64,000 bases of DNA from a virus. Below are positions 10,041 through 20,554 of this stretch, piece by piece. Position 1 is the first letter of the stretch. Each line of letters opens with the position of its first letter. A program made the translations under genes and the position numbers. The notes under the pieces were generated by a model. That model ran no database searches. It saw nothing but the letters and a program-made list of their open reading frames with translations, and had not been told where the DNA came from. Location of the stretch: positions 1-64,000 of the IMG/VR virus record IMGVR_UViG_3300020477_001012. The stretch is one strand, 5' to 3'.

Positions 10041-11048
10041 CTAGAAAGAACCTAAAATAACCCTTCTGTTATCCAGAACGCCAAAGCCAAGCTCTGCGAA
10101 GCCGTAGAAACCAGCTCGCTGCTGTCTGTGGAGGGTAGGATCTTCAAACACTTCAAGTTGCTGCTTCATCGGCATGACGAAGCTGTCGTTAGCGGACTGA
10201 TCCAGACCAACCACCAACTCAACGTCGGAGGCTTGAACTGCACCGCCAAGACCCGTGGTGAAGAACGTCTGGTATTCTTGGCCTTCACCAAGCTCATCCA
10301 GATCGTGCAAGTTGACACCAAAGATCCGAGTGATGGGCGCGCCGCCTTCAGAGGCCGTGTAGATCTCCCGGCGAGTCACCTCGTCCACCTGATCCATGCC
10401 CCAGTTGCGCACGTCTTCCAGTGCTTCTGGAGAAACATAAAGATCAGTCAAGCGACCACGATTGGCTGAACCAGTGTTACCGCCAGCATTACGGCGCATA
10501 ACGGTCTGCATCAACGAAACCAATCGCTTGCTAAACATACCAGCAGTAGCGTCACCGTCGTAAACCAAAATGTTACGATCAACGCCAGCAGCAAGAATGG
10601 TGTGCCAACCATCGTCGTTCATCTTCTTGGTGAAGCCAGCCTCTAAGACTTGCATGGCACGACCAACAATATCCCATCGAGCCTCACGAGCATACCGGAG
10701 CAGATAATCAATACTGCTGGTAATGCTGTAAGTTGGGATCATCACATAGTCGCCTTCCACGGCTCGTTCGGGGATGCGACCGTGGCCGGGATTGGTGTAA
10801 GCAACATGCTCACCTTCAAGGCCCGGAGAAATCAAGTCGAGTGGGAACTCTGTAGAGGCACCCGGCTCAACATTGATGGTTTCAAAAATATCACCGAGAA
10901 TGTTACCAACCAAGACGCCCTTGCGGAGCGGCAATTCTAAAGCTTTGGCAAATTCGCGCTGAGCAGCATAAGCGACGTTTTGATCACTATCGCCAGATCG
11001 TTTAAGCAATGTAATGAATTCATCGCTAGGTCTATCTGTATATGACAT
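10041..11048 (-). CDS. Major capsid protein (HK97-fold, inferred)
   Basis: 335 aa; follows the portal, scaffold and decoration genes; C-terminal GFYGFAELGFGVLD pattern; strong RBS and a downstream terminator. Confidence 0.8.
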   Translation of the reverse strand: MSYTDRPSDEFITLLKRSGDSDQNVAYAAQREFAKALELPLRKGVLVGNILGDIFETINVEPGASTEFPLDLISPGLEGEHVAYTNPGHGRIPERAVEGDYVMIPTYSITSSIDYLLRYAREARWDIVGRAMQVLEAGFTKKMNDDGWHTILAAGVDRNILVYDGDATAGMFSKRLVSLMQTVMRRNAGGNTGSANRGRLTDLYVSPEALEDVRNWGMDQVDEVTRREIYTASEGGAPITRIFGVNLHDLDELGEGQEYQTFFTTGLGGAVQASDVELVVGLDQSANDSFVMPMKQQLEVFEDPTLHRQQRAGFYGFAELGFGVLDNRRVILGSF

Positions 11049-11076
11049 TGTTTATTCTCCTTTTATATTGGTGCTA

Positions 11077-11571
11077 CTAGGCCCCATGATTGGGAAGGTT
11101 AACGAAAACTTTGGCGTACCCATCCGCGTCTTTACGGGACATGAACCTGCCAATGGCATAATGACCAGAAGCAGCGGCTGTACCAGCCGTTGTCGAGATT
11201 TCTCCAGCGGTTTCTGAGGCATAAGCCACATCGCCAGCCACGGGGGTTCCGGTAACATTGCTGGTCACTACCCACCCACGAGTCAGGACAGTAACCTTAC
11301 CGCCCTTTTGAACTTCATCTTTGTGATGATTCAAATGGGTTCGAGTCAGATCTTTGTTGACAACATCGTTAAGAAGTATGCCAACCGGACGATCTGTTCC
11401 CGCAGCGGCGCATGCCGTATACGCAACAAGGTTTTCACCCTGATCCATGGCAGCACCTGAAGCTAATCCGAGATCAGCTAAACACACAACGCCACCACGG
11501 GTGGCAGTGCCTGCGTTATAGAAAAAACTAATGTCAGTTGTTTCTTCATGTCTATCTGCTTTAAGAGCCAT
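11077..11571 (-). CDS. Capsid decoration/cement protein
   Basis: Small Gly/Ala/Thr-rich protein (PVGILLNDV...VTVLTRG...AGD.AY) between the scaffold and capsid genes. Confidence 0.6.
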   Translation of the reverse strand: MALKADRHEETTDISFFYNAGTATRGGVVCLADLGLASGAAMDQGENLVAYTACAAAGTDRPVGILLNDVVNKDLTRTHLNHHKDEVQKGGKVTVLTRGWVVTSNVTGTPVAGDVAYASETAGEISTTAGTAAASGHYAIGRFMSRKDADGYAKVFVNLPNHGA

Positions 11572-11597
11572 TTTTATATCTCCTGTAGATAAGTTTT

Positions 11598-13064
11598 TTA
11601 CTTAGAAAGGACATTATTTGTCAACCAGTCAGCAATGCTGGCTCTGGTTGATTGAACTTCGTCAACTTCTTCCGACTCAATTAAAGTCGCTTCAGTGGAC
11701 TCCACTTCTTCAAATGCCTCAGCCGTGACCTCATCCTCAGTCTCTTCTGCTTCTTCAGCAGCTTCAACGGCTTCAACAGCTTCAGCATCTTTTTCTTCGT
11801 CCTTCTTCTTCTTGTCTTTCTTATCAAACCATTTAGCAACAATGGCTTCAAAAGATTCATCGTCTAAGGCGTCATAAAGAGGAAGGGATTCTTCAACTTC
11901 AGCTTCACTGAAGCCTGCGTTAACGAGAGCGGCCTTGCGAGCCTGTTTCTTTTCTTTGGCTTTCCAATCTGCAACCGTTTGAGTTGCTTCAACCAACTGG
12001 GTCTTAGACTGTTCCAGCTCATCTTCTAACTCCGCAACGCGAGCTTTAGTCGACTTGATAACTTCTTCAAGCTCACTGATAGCAGACTTGCTTTCTTCGG
12101 CGGCAGCTTCAAATGCAGCAACCGTGTCGGCAAACTCTCGATCCTTAGCGGATTCAATTTTAGCCTTGATGGCTTCGTTCTCAGTTTTGGCCTCGGCCAA
12201 CTCAGATCGAAGATCATCAACCTGTTTTTCGAGCAGATTAATATCTGTCATATCGATATCTCCCATGTTTAAATTAGAATTCGTGTCAGTCACATTGAAA
12301 GCAGCGACAGACTTAGATTGCAAAATAACGCTTCGCGGATTAGCAGGCTGAGATACCAGCCCTTTTCCAGAGAAAGAAATGTTGGCGAGAGCGCGACCAA
12401 CTTTATATCCTTCGTATTCGCCCGTTCCGCCATATGATCTTAAGTGCTTGGTTAAGAACGCTGATGACTCGTCTCTAGTAAGAATTTTAGGAGTGTCATC
12501 CGGCCCCATTAAAGCATAATCAAAACCGCTAAATAGGCACTCCATAGACACAAACCATTTGCCTTCGCTGATTTCAGCGACAATCTGTTCCATTCTCTCC
12601 TTATTTTCAGGGTCCATCCAACTGTTATATAGAACGGCTTGAGTTATAATGTCAAATTCGTCTGGTTTGGGACGATCTTCGTCTGCTACAACCAAACCGT
12701 CCTTGCTTAAGACATAACAGCCGGTAATGTGTCCGATGATGTCATTCTCATCGTGCATAAAATTGAATTGCTTGTCCTCGGGCGTCGAGCGTGCGTCCCA
12801 TGTTGCTTGAGATGTAAACACGTCGTCATTTTTATTCCAGCCAGTAGACACCAAAACTGACTCAATATAATGCAAGTCCTTCTGATCTTTATTCTCAGCT
12901 AATACCTTCGACAGTACTTCCTCGTTACTTGTACGCTCCATGAATGCGGAGACAGTACCCTCATGTACGGTCGCTGGTGAGCAATATGCTACAGACGCTT
13001 GGGCAGCAACCTGCTCGGCTACGCCGTCATTAATTTCGCTTTGGAAAATTTTTATTTTATTCAT
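11598..13064 (-). CDS. Prohead protease-scaffold fusion
   Basis: N-terminal WNKNDD, FNFMH, VSMEC and FSGKGLVSQPANP motifs, followed by an acidic coiled-coil C-terminus. Confidence 0.65.
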   Translation of the reverse strand: MNKIKIFQSEINDGVAEQVAAQASVAYCSPATVHEGTVSAFMERTSNEEVLSKVLAENKDQKDLHYIESVLVSTGWNKNDDVFTSQATWDARSTPEDKQFNFMHDENDIIGHITGCYVLSKDGLVVADEDRPKPDEFDIITQAVLYNSWMDPENKERMEQIVAEISEGKWFVSMECLFSGFDYALMGPDDTPKILTRDESSAFLTKHLRSYGGTGEYEGYKVGRALANISFSGKGLVSQPANPRSVILQSKSVAAFNVTDTNSNLNMGDIDMTDINLLEKQVDDLRSELAEAKTENEAIKAKIESAKDREFADTVAAFEAAAEESKSAISELEEVIKSTKARVAELEDELEQSKTQLVEATQTVADWKAKEKKQARKAALVNAGFSEAEVEESLPLYDALDDESFEAIVAKWFDKKDKKKKDEEKDAEAVEAVEAAEEAEETEDEVTAEAFEEVESTEATLIESEEVDEVQSTRASIADWLTNNVLSK

Positions 13065-13137
13065 GATAAAGACCTCTAGGAATTATACACAAAATGCTAA
13101 AAAAAATAAAAAAACCTGTGACAAATAGATGTTTTGG

Positions 13138-15141
13138 CTAAGTTGCAAACTCAACATACGCCCCAATAATGTGCTTCTTGTACTTTTCTATAGTCATATT
13201 AGAAGGAGAAATGTTCTGGTCTTCGACTATCTTTCTAAAGGAGGCGGGAGTCCTTGCTCCGGCAGACATAATACCTGTAATATGCTGCGCCGTGGCGGGC
13301 ACCATGACTGGCAGGTTTGTTAAAACATCTAGCTTAATCGTTTCTAAGTCTAACACTTCAGACTTGGTAAGCTGCCTCATATTGGTCTTTTTATTGATAG
13401 AAAGAAACGCTTTGTTTATATTCTTGGATATAGTATCAAACGTGTCGCTAGTCCACACGAGCATGTCTGCCACCCCCGGCTTAGACTTAGGAGTCTCAAC
13501 CCTCTTTTTTCTAGGGCCTTCGTCTTTCTTGAGTGGAGGTCTTCCGTTATTTTTCACTTCTTTTGAGTCATTTTCTTCTTTGTTGAGCTTGGATTGCCTG
13601 TCCATTTTTTCTATCTCTTGCTTATGATTAGCGTTATGGAATGGGCTAGCTTTATCTGGGTAAGCATCATTGCCTCTTTCTTTTTGCTCCCTCTTGAGGC
13701 GAACTTTCTCAACAGAAGGCACTTCTTTGAATCTCTCCAAAATGGTCTCCTGACTGATAATATCCCTATCCGCCAATTGGATGAGTAGATTTTTCTCTGC
13801 CGCCTCATCAGATAGGCTCATCTGATCAAAGACAATGTGCGCAGACTTTCTGAAGCCCATAGCCTTGCGGACAATCTCCAGCTCTCTTTCCCAAAACTTG
13901 ACAAGCTGGTCTCTACCATACTGTAGTCTCTCTACTAAAGTTTTGAGTGAGATAAAGTTATTAGTAAATCCTCCACCATTGCCAGCAATACCAGTCAGTG
14001 TAGGTGGAACACCAAGTCCAGCATAGATACTATTGAGAACAGACTGGTATTTCTCAGATCCCAAGAATTTATAAACTTGACTGTTAGACTCTGAATAAGT
14101 AAGCTCTGGACCCCAAACTAACTCCATTGTACCTCCACCAACATTGCTAGCAAGAATGTTTCTAAGCTTATTAATAGCATTTTTGTTGGGGAGAATCTTG
14201 TGGTCTAAATTACCAATGGTCCACAGTCTTATGTTGGAAATAGCCCCATCCAAGGCAGATAAATCAGCCAGCCTCATTTTCTCTAACATAATGATATCGT
14301 CTAGAATAGCATACGTCAGTGGGTGCGCCCATTTTTGCCAGTCATCTTTCTTGTAGTAGGCTACATGAAGACGGTCTGTATCTAAGGGGATTTTCTTCTC
14401 GCCCCTCTTGATGCTGTTCTTGAGTCCGGGCGGCAGAGTGTCTAGAACCTTGGCTGGAATTGAGCCGTCCTTAAAATTGTCAAAGAATGAGGTCGCTGTA
14501 ATTTCAAAGTTCTTCCTACCTAAGAAGAGGCTAATGTCTCCGTCTTTCATATCTATTGTCAAGGGGTTAAAGAAATTGTACCGCCAAGGAATCATGCTCT
14601 TCTCTATATCTGGAACCTCTACGGCAATATCTTGTCCCACGGATTTAATGTATTTTGTGATCTCTGGCGTGATGTTCGCATAACTACGGTATATAAAAAC
14701 CTGACCAGTTCTATATAAATTATTAAGGAATCTCTCTGATCTCTCCTTGCCTTCACACTTTTTAAACCATTGCTTGAAGAACTTTTCCACGCTTCTGTTC
14801 TCGTGGACAATATTAATACCCTGACTGCCAAAGTCTCCCATTAAATCAATAACATTTCTCACGATGCCAACTTTATCGTAAGCATCCATGCACATTTTGA
14901 TAACCCTCTTCTGCCTGAGAGGAACCTGCTCGTCCGATCTAAAGGCATAGTAATCCGAATAACCGAATCCGGGGCGTACAGACTTGTTAGATTCTATGTC
15001 TAAGAATTCTCTATGGCTAGCCTTGGAGACGCCCTCGTAAGAGTCAATTACCTCGGAAAATTGAGCAAAAGCCTTGCTTTTATCGTTTGGGTCAACGTCA
15101 TTCCATGTGATCATTTGATCGTCTTGCATTTTATTCCTCAT
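13138..15141 (-). CDS. Portal protein
   Basis: 667 aa, helical, immediately downstream of TerL and upstream of the scaffold gene; contains IYAGLGVPPTL. Confidence 0.75.
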   Translation of the reverse strand: MRNKMQDDQMITWNDVDPNDKSKAFAQFSEVIDSYEGVSKASHREFLDIESNKSVRPGFGYSDYYAFRSDEQVPLRQKRVIKMCMDAYDKVGIVRNVIDLMGDFGSQGINIVHENRSVEKFFKQWFKKCEGKERSERFLNNLYRTGQVFIYRSYANITPEITKYIKSVGQDIAVEVPDIEKSMIPWRYNFFNPLTIDMKDGDISLFLGRKNFEITATSFFDNFKDGSIPAKVLDTLPPGLKNSIKRGEKKIPLDTDRLHVAYYKKDDWQKWAHPLTYAILDDIIMLEKMRLADLSALDGAISNIRLWTIGNLDHKILPNKNAINKLRNILASNVGGGTMELVWGPELTYSESNSQVYKFLGSEKYQSVLNSIYAGLGVPPTLTGIAGNGGGFTNNFISLKTLVERLQYGRDQLVKFWERELEIVRKAMGFRKSAHIVFDQMSLSDEAAEKNLLIQLADRDIISQETILERFKEVPSVEKVRLKREQKERGNDAYPDKASPFHNANHKQEIEKMDRQSKLNKEENDSKEVKNNGRPPLKKDEGPRKKRVETPKSKPGVADMLVWTSDTFDTISKNINKAFLSINKKTNMRQLTKSEVLDLETIKLDVLTNLPVMVPATAQHITGIMSAGARTPASFRKIVEDQNISPSNMTIEKYKKHIIGAYVEFAT

Positions 15142-15181
15142 AATTGAAATGTAATTGGATTACTAAGAGACTATACACAAA

Positions 15182-17173
15182 TCAATAAACATTTTCCATA
15201 TTCTCTGTAAACCAATTTGGTCCGCTATACATGTCTCCCCCTTTGTCTTTGCTTTTTGTTACGGTTGCAAAGCCGCCGTAAAATTCGTAAGCCTCTGGCG
15301 TGGGCATCCTTGATAAAATACGGGCTGCCATGTTCGCCATGATTAGTGAGGAGTACCTATCCTTCCTTTGTTTTCCTTTTTTACCCGCGCCTATAATTGT
15401 CTCTGGGGTGTCCCATTTATCACGTCCACTGGGCGTTTGTGTCATTTGGATCATGGTAAGCTCGTCCTTTAGGTCTTCTATTTCCATAACGCACTGCTCC
15501 AAAGTATCAAAAGTTCTACCCTTGAGACCGTCTTCAGCATTTGATACACCAATAGTAATAGCGTCAAATCTGGGAAAGATAGTAGCCTTATCCTCAAAGT
15601 CTTTCCGTAGTCCATGGTTCGCTTCTGCAAGCCATTCGTGCTTGGCAAATTGACACATCTCTAGAATGTGTAGACCCTTTTCGTCGTCAGTATCAGCCTC
15701 TTTGTCCTCATCTATCACTGGCCATATTGCCACCTCGCCCTCCTGTATCTTGTCTTTGTCGTGAAGTGACTCCATGACAGCAATACCTCCACCTTGGGCA
15801 TCCATCGCAATGTGTATACAGGGGAAGATTTTCATTAAATCTCTAATCTTGCGTGCGCAGTAGGAATAAAAGTCGGTTTCTGTAGAGTAACCCTTTTTAA
15901 CCTTTTCCTTGTGTTGTTCTCTATTTGTGGTCCAGCAGTGAACAATTCTTCTGTGGTCTGGATGTAACTCTAATACCACAATGCTAAAATTATCTACTTC
16001 AGAGGCGGGGTCCACACCAAAGATATATCTTTTCTGGGGGTCTCCCATTAACTTGGCCTCAAATATAATATCGTCCCCGTTGGAATCTTTAAGGGGAGTG
16101 TTATCATTAGTTCCATCGTTGGAAACGCAAGACTCAATCAGGGTGCGCTTAAAGAAGCCCTGAGAATCGCGTGTAAAGCACGCTCCGAATTCCATTTGAT
16201 ATATACCAGTATGTACCGTTGCCTTCGATCTGGCGACCTGTGCGGCGTCCATAAAGCCCTCTGGTAATAACTCGTAGGGTATCCTAATAACGGAGTATTG
16301 AGTCCAGTCAAAATTGTCGGGAACATCTTCTCCACCAAAGATATCTCGAAGCTGATTTTTCCTTCCTTTACTCTTTATTATTGCCTTCCATTTTTTCCAG
16401 TATTCGGCAAAGTGATTAAAATCATAGTATGCCGTTCCTGATAATATAATTTGGTTAGCTTGGTTTTCTATGGTATCTTTTGAGTCTTCGGTAAGGTCTA
16501 CCCCTAACGAGGCAGCTTTTTTCTCTGCTGCTAACCTCTTGACATTTTCTATGGGATCTGAACTAACAGCGGCAAAACCAGCAACCACGGTTTCAAATAT
16601 ATCTCGCGGAATGGAGGCAAATTCGTCACTTATAATATCATTGGCGCGTTGGCCTCTAATTTTTTGTCCATCACCGAGAGGTAGACAAGTAATCCTGCTC
16701 TTGTTGATCCTCATTACGCATCGATCTACATCTCTGCGTGGACCACTCTCAGTTGTGCATAAGTCTCTTAAGATGGGAGCGCCATTCCAGATCGTCTCCA
16801 TGTATTCAAAAAGAACTTTAGACTGTCTGAACGCAGCGCCAACGATAACCACTTTTCTCTCTGGCAGGAGTAACGCCCTAATCATCGCGTATAAAGACAA
16901 GATAAAAGACTTACCAAAACCACGACTAGCTATAAGCATTGGAAATTTACGCCTCCACATCTCACACAGCATCAGCGCTTGAGAGGGGAGTAATGTAATG
17001 TTGAAAACGTGTTTGCAGAGGAAGGAGAAGTACTCCGGGCGGCTCATTATCCATGTAAGCTTGAGGTGATAGTCGTCGTCGCTTGTTACAATCATGTCAA
17101 ACGGATTAAACAACTCCCTGTCTGACACTTCAAGGTTTAGCCAAGCGTCGTCTATTGTTTTTAATTGATTCAT
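15182..17173 (-). CDS. terL: Terminase large subunit
   Basis: Walker A ASRGFGKS, IRGQRA, Walker B IISDE, and nuclease motifs IFGVDPA and KDRYS. Confidence 0.9.
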   Translation of the reverse strand: MNQLKTIDDAWLNLEVSDRELFNPFDMIVTSDDDYHLKLTWIMSRPEYFSFLCKHVFNITLLPSQALMLCEMWRRKFPMLIASRGFGKSFILSLYAMIRALLLPERKVVIVGAAFRQSKVLFEYMETIWNGAPILRDLCTTESGPRRDVDRCVMRINKSRITCLPLGDGQKIRGQRANDIISDEFASIPRDIFETVVAGFAAVSSDPIENVKRLAAEKKAASLGVDLTEDSKDTIENQANQIILSGTAYYDFNHFAEYWKKWKAIIKSKGRKNQLRDIFGGEDVPDNFDWTQYSVIRIPYELLPEGFMDAAQVARSKATVHTGIYQMEFGACFTRDSQGFFKRTLIESCVSNDGTNDNTPLKDSNGDDIIFEAKLMGDPQKRYIFGVDPASEVDNFSIVVLELHPDHRRIVHCWTTNREQHKEKVKKGYSTETDFYSYCARKIRDLMKIFPCIHIAMDAQGGGIAVMESLHDKDKIQEGEVAIWPVIDEDKEADTDDEKGLHILEMCQFAKHEWLAEANHGLRKDFEDKATIFPRFDAITIGVSNAEDGLKGRTFDTLEQCVMEIEDLKDELTMIQMTQTPSGRDKWDTPETIIGAGKKGKQRKDRYSSLIMANMAARILSRMPTPEAYEFYGGFATVTKSKDKGGDMYSGPNWFTENMENVY

Positions 17174-17823
17174 TTTAAGCTGTTAATATCAGGACACTTT
17201 TTTGTGGAAAGCACACAGTCTGCCAGTCCATAGTATACAGACTCGTGAGCGTTGAGATACCAATCTCCATCTTTAAGTTTTCTTCTTAAGAAGCTCTTAA
17301 CTTTTGTTTCGTCTAAGGGGTCATAGTGTTCTTTAAAAAATTTGCCATCCATACAAGACTCGGTATATATGTCCAACATTGTGTCAAGAACGATCATGTC
17401 GTATTTTGCTGCATTTTGTGCATCAAGGAAATTTCCAGAATACATACTGGAGCCAAAATGACTCATGAAATATGCATTGGGCATCATTACTCTGCTGTCC
17501 GCTGATTGCAAAAGAACGCTACTCATGGACTCGGCCTGTCCGTATACGATAATAGCCACATATGACTTAGCTAAGCTAATAGCATCATACATCGCCATGC
17601 CGTCATTCCACTCACCACCAATGCTATGCATATGTATAAATATTGGGTCGTTGTTGATGCTGTCGAGAATGCGAATATTTTTAATAAAATTAGATGCCAT
17701 CCTGTAGTCTACGCCGGGGTCTTCCTCGCAGTTAGCTACGTATCCATGTAGATAAATTTCTCTACTTTTGGTGTCCAAACCATAAGTGTGAACGTCAGAT
17801 ATCGTATCTACGTTAAGGGTCAT
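17170..17823 (-). CDS. clpP: ClpP-like protease subunit
   Basis: REIYL.G, HSIGG, AMYDAI, catalytic-Ser motif AESMSS, His in MSH, and DWYLNAHESVYYGLAD. Confidence 0.85.
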   Translation of the reverse strand: MTLNVDTISDVHTYGLDTKSREIYLHGYVANCEEDPGVDYRMASNFIKNIRILDSINNDPIFIHMHSIGGEWNDGMAMYDAISLAKSYVAIIVYGQAESMSSVLLQSADSRVMMPNAYFMSHFGSSMYSGNFLDAQNAAKYDMIVLDTMLDIYTESCMDGKFFKEHYDPLDETKVKSFLRRKLKDGDWYLNAHESVYYGLADCVLSTKKCPDINSLK

Positions 17824-18332
17824 GTTTGTCTCCCGATGGAATATATTTCATTTACCCTCTTTAAAATACTGAGAACCGCCCATTTTGCATTTTTCTTCGA
17901 GTCACAGAAAATAACATGTATGTCATCAAATATTTGAAACTCCATTAAGGTTTTTAACATAAAGGTGTTGGTTACTTTCACCTTGCCCCAGTCTTTTTCT
18001 AGTATACTAGACCCCTCTGGGAACATCATTAAGTCTGATAGTGAGAACTCTAATATTATATATTTATGAGGGAACTCTTTCATCCTCTCGATTTCATTCA
18101 AGAATCTTTGTCTGTCATGTCCTACATTTCCGGCAAGCTCCACAACACTTGCTTTTCTCTCTATACAAAGCCTGTCTTCTAGCCCCTCTATGGAGTAGTC
18201 GCCTGTATCAAGCTTTCTGTCAATCATACCTTTACATGTGTGATAGCGTGTATTTGAAGGCTCGAACGTATAGCCTTCTTTTTCTCTAGTATCTCTAATA
18301 ATGGTAAACGGTGGTGACTTCTTACTCGGCAT
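17820..18332 (-). CDS. ERCC4/XPF-family nuclease
   Basis: IRDTRE, LDTGDYS and CIERK motifs. Confidence 0.85.
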   Translation of the reverse strand: MPSKKSPPFTIIRDTREKEGYTFEPSNTRYHTCKGMIDRKLDTGDYSIEGLEDRLCIERKASVVELAGNVGHDRQRFLNEIERMKEFPHKYIILEFSLSDLMMFPEGSSILEKDWGKVKVTNTFMLKTLMEFQIFDDIHVIFCDSKKNAKWAVLSILKRVNEIYSIGRQT

Positions 18333-18591
18333 GTTTCTTCCTCACAATCTCCATGAATAAAGACTCGTAGTATTGCTCACTTCCGGTTACTTTCTTGTGG
18401 CAGTTCTTACATAAAGTAATGCCATTATGAACGTCATATCTCAGAATCGAGGCGGAAGACCATCTTTTAATATGGTGGGCTTGTAAATACTTTTTATATC
18501 CACAGGAAGGCATTTGACAAGTAAACTTGTCTCTCTTGTAGACTTTCATTCTCCAGTCTTTATAAACCGGGTCTTCATAGTTTCTTCTCAT
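18322..18591 (-). CDS. HNH endonuclease
   Basis: RDKFTCQ...AHHI...NGITLCKNCH. Confidence 0.9.
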   Translation of the reverse strand: MRRNYEDPVYKDWRMKVYKRDKFTCQMPSCGYKKYLQAHHIKRWSSASILRYDVHNGITLCKNCHKKVTGSEQYYESLFMEIVRKKHAE

Positions 18592-18839
18592 TGTGGCACA
18601 CTCAACCCTTTCACGGAGACATCAAATAGTATTTCTCTAACAAATAAAGCTGTCTCAGAGGATAAATCCTGTTTTAGTATTATTTCTGCTAACTGGTAAT
18701 ACGCAAGATGACAGGCGTCATCTGGGTTGTCTGCTTGTACAAAAATGGTAGGGTGAGCAGAGTTGTACTGCTGTAGGTTGTACTTCTTAAGCCTAGCGAT
18801 CACTAGGGATAAGTCTAGTTTCACCTTGTAGATTTTCAT
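18588..18839 (-). CDS. Hypothetical protein
   Basis: Overlaps both neighbours with coupled start/stop codons. Confidence 0.6.
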   Translation of the reverse strand: MKIYKVKLDLSLVIARLKKYNLQQYNSAHPTIFVQADNPDDACHLAYYQLAEIILKQDLSSETALFVREILFDVSVKGLSVPQ

Positions 18840-19921
18840 TCTAGATCAGCTTCCACCATAAGTGTCACCAATTCCGAAAAGGTAGTTTTGGGTTGCCACC
18901 CTAAGTTGGATTTCGCTTTAACATTATCTCCTCTGAGGTAGTCAACTTCGGCTGGTCTATAAAATTCGGGGTCTACCACTACAAAGTCCGACCATTCTTG
19001 TATTCCAACCTTGTTAAACGCCACGTCTAGGAACTCCCGAATAGTATGGGTCTCACCCGTGCAGATAACATAATCGTCAGGCTTCTCCTGTTGCAACATC
19101 ATCCACATGGCTTCCACATAATCTCCTGCATACCCCCAATCGCGGAATGCTTCAAGATTTCCTAGACGCAGCTTTGGAAACTGCAAATCTTGATCTGTAT
19201 TTGTACGACCGGGTATATATACTTCCGCATCCTTGTCCCAGTCTTCTTCCGTGTGTATCAAGTCGTCTATAGAAGAAACTTTGTGCAATTTCATCCACCT
19301 GTGAAAATCACCGATCCACTTGGTAATCTTTCTTGTAACAAAAGTCTCTCCTCGTCTTGGGCCTTCATGGTTAAACAGGATTCCAGCACTAGCATGCACG
19401 CCATACCCCTCTCTGAATAGTCTTGTTACATAATGAGCTGCGCATTTAGCTATGGCATACGGACTCTGGGGTAAAAACTTTGTGTCCTCGTTTTGGTATT
19501 TTTCTTGGTTTCTGTTTATGTCATAAGACGAACCAAACATTTCGCTAGAACTAGCTTGGTAGAATCTGGTATGCAAGTCAAGGTCTGCAATGCTTTGCAG
19601 TATATTTAGACATCCCTTGCCTGTGATGTCCCAAGTTAAAGCGGGCTGCTTAAAAGATACGGCTACATGAGACTGTGCTGCTAGATTGTAGATTTCATCT
19701 ACATCATCGTGTTCGGATAGTATATTTCTTACACTAAATGCATCTGTAATATCTCCTTGAACCAGATTGAATTTTTGATTCTCAAGGAGGTGCTTGATCC
19801 TAATAGTGTTGTCAATGCTACATCTTCTAGACACACCTATGACTTCATAGTCCTTCTCGACCAGTAAGTCTGATAAGTGGCTCCCGTCCTGCCCCGTCAC
19901 CCCAAAAACAATAGCTTTCAT
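18836..19921 (-). CDS. gmd: GDP-mannose 4,6-dehydratase
   Basis: GVTGQDGS, YNLAAQSHV, FYQASSSEMFG, PQSPYAIAK, LFNHEGPRRGETFVTRKI, RDWGYAGDYV. Confidence 0.95.
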   Translation of the reverse strand: MKAIVFGVTGQDGSHLSDLLVEKDYEVIGVSRRCSIDNTIRIKHLLENQKFNLVQGDITDAFSVRNILSEHDDVDEIYNLAAQSHVAVSFKQPALTWDITGKGCLNILQSIADLDLHTRFYQASSSEMFGSSYDINRNQEKYQNEDTKFLPQSPYAIAKCAAHYVTRLFREGYGVHASAGILFNHEGPRRGETFVTRKITKWIGDFHRWMKLHKVSSIDDLIHTEEDWDKDAEVYIPGRTNTDQDLQFPKLRLGNLEAFRDWGYAGDYVEAMWMMLQQEKPDDYVICTGETHTIREFLDVAFNKVGIQEWSDFVVVDPEFYRPAEVDYLRGDNVKAKSNLGWQPKTTFSELVTLMVEADLE

Positions 19922-19924
19922 TAG

Positions 19925-20554
19925 TTAATCCTTGTCTGGTAGTTTTGTTGGTGGTAGATCGTGGAACATAATGCCTCCATTACGACTGAGGCTTCCGCCC
20001 CCACGTCCACTCTGTCCTTTTCCCCCGTCTCCATCTCCCCCTTCGCCCTCTCCTTCTCCTTCACCTTCGCCTTCTCCCGAACCCTCTCCCTCTGTATCTC
20101 CTTTTCCTAGACCTCCGTTAGTTCCTCCGACTGCTCCACCGCCCATGATCGTATTCAAGGCTTTTTGTGACTGCTCGTGGAGTTCTCTGGTGTATGGTAA
20201 ACGATACGCTCTTGGTTCGGAATCGCCGTCATAGAATGAAAGCAAGTAATCATGCCAAGAATCATGTGTTCCTTCAGTTTCTAAATCTGGCTGTAACCAA
20301 ACGTATATATTGCCCCCATCGTCTCTCTTCGGATCTGGCTCATCTATGACTAGCCAATAAACTCGAAACTTCTCTGGGAGATCTTCATCAGTAGGCCACC
20401 CCATAAAATCACTAACAGAGAACCCCACTGATAAGCAAAAGTATAGAGACATTAAGATCATAGTAGCTTTGCTAACCCAGTGACCCTTAGATCCTATAAT
20501 AAACCACAGGGTCAAAGCAGCTATGAGAACAAATCCAAGAGCTATGCCTGTCAT
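19925..20554 (-). CDS. Membrane protein with a Gly/Glu-rich linker
   Basis: Two N-terminal hydrophobic helices and a GEGEGEG tract; third gene of a coupled operon. Confidence 0.6.
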   Translation of the reverse strand: MTGIALGFVLIAALTLWFIIGSKGHWVSKATMILMSLYFCLSVGFSVSDFMGWPTDEDLPEKFRVYWLVIDEPDPKRDDGGNIYVWLQPDLETEGTHDSWHDYLLSFYDGDSEPRAYRLPYTRELHEQSQKALNTIMGGGAVGGTNGGLGKGDTEGEGSGEGEGEGEGEGEGGDGDGGKGQSGRGGGSLSRNGGIMFHDLPPTKLPDKD

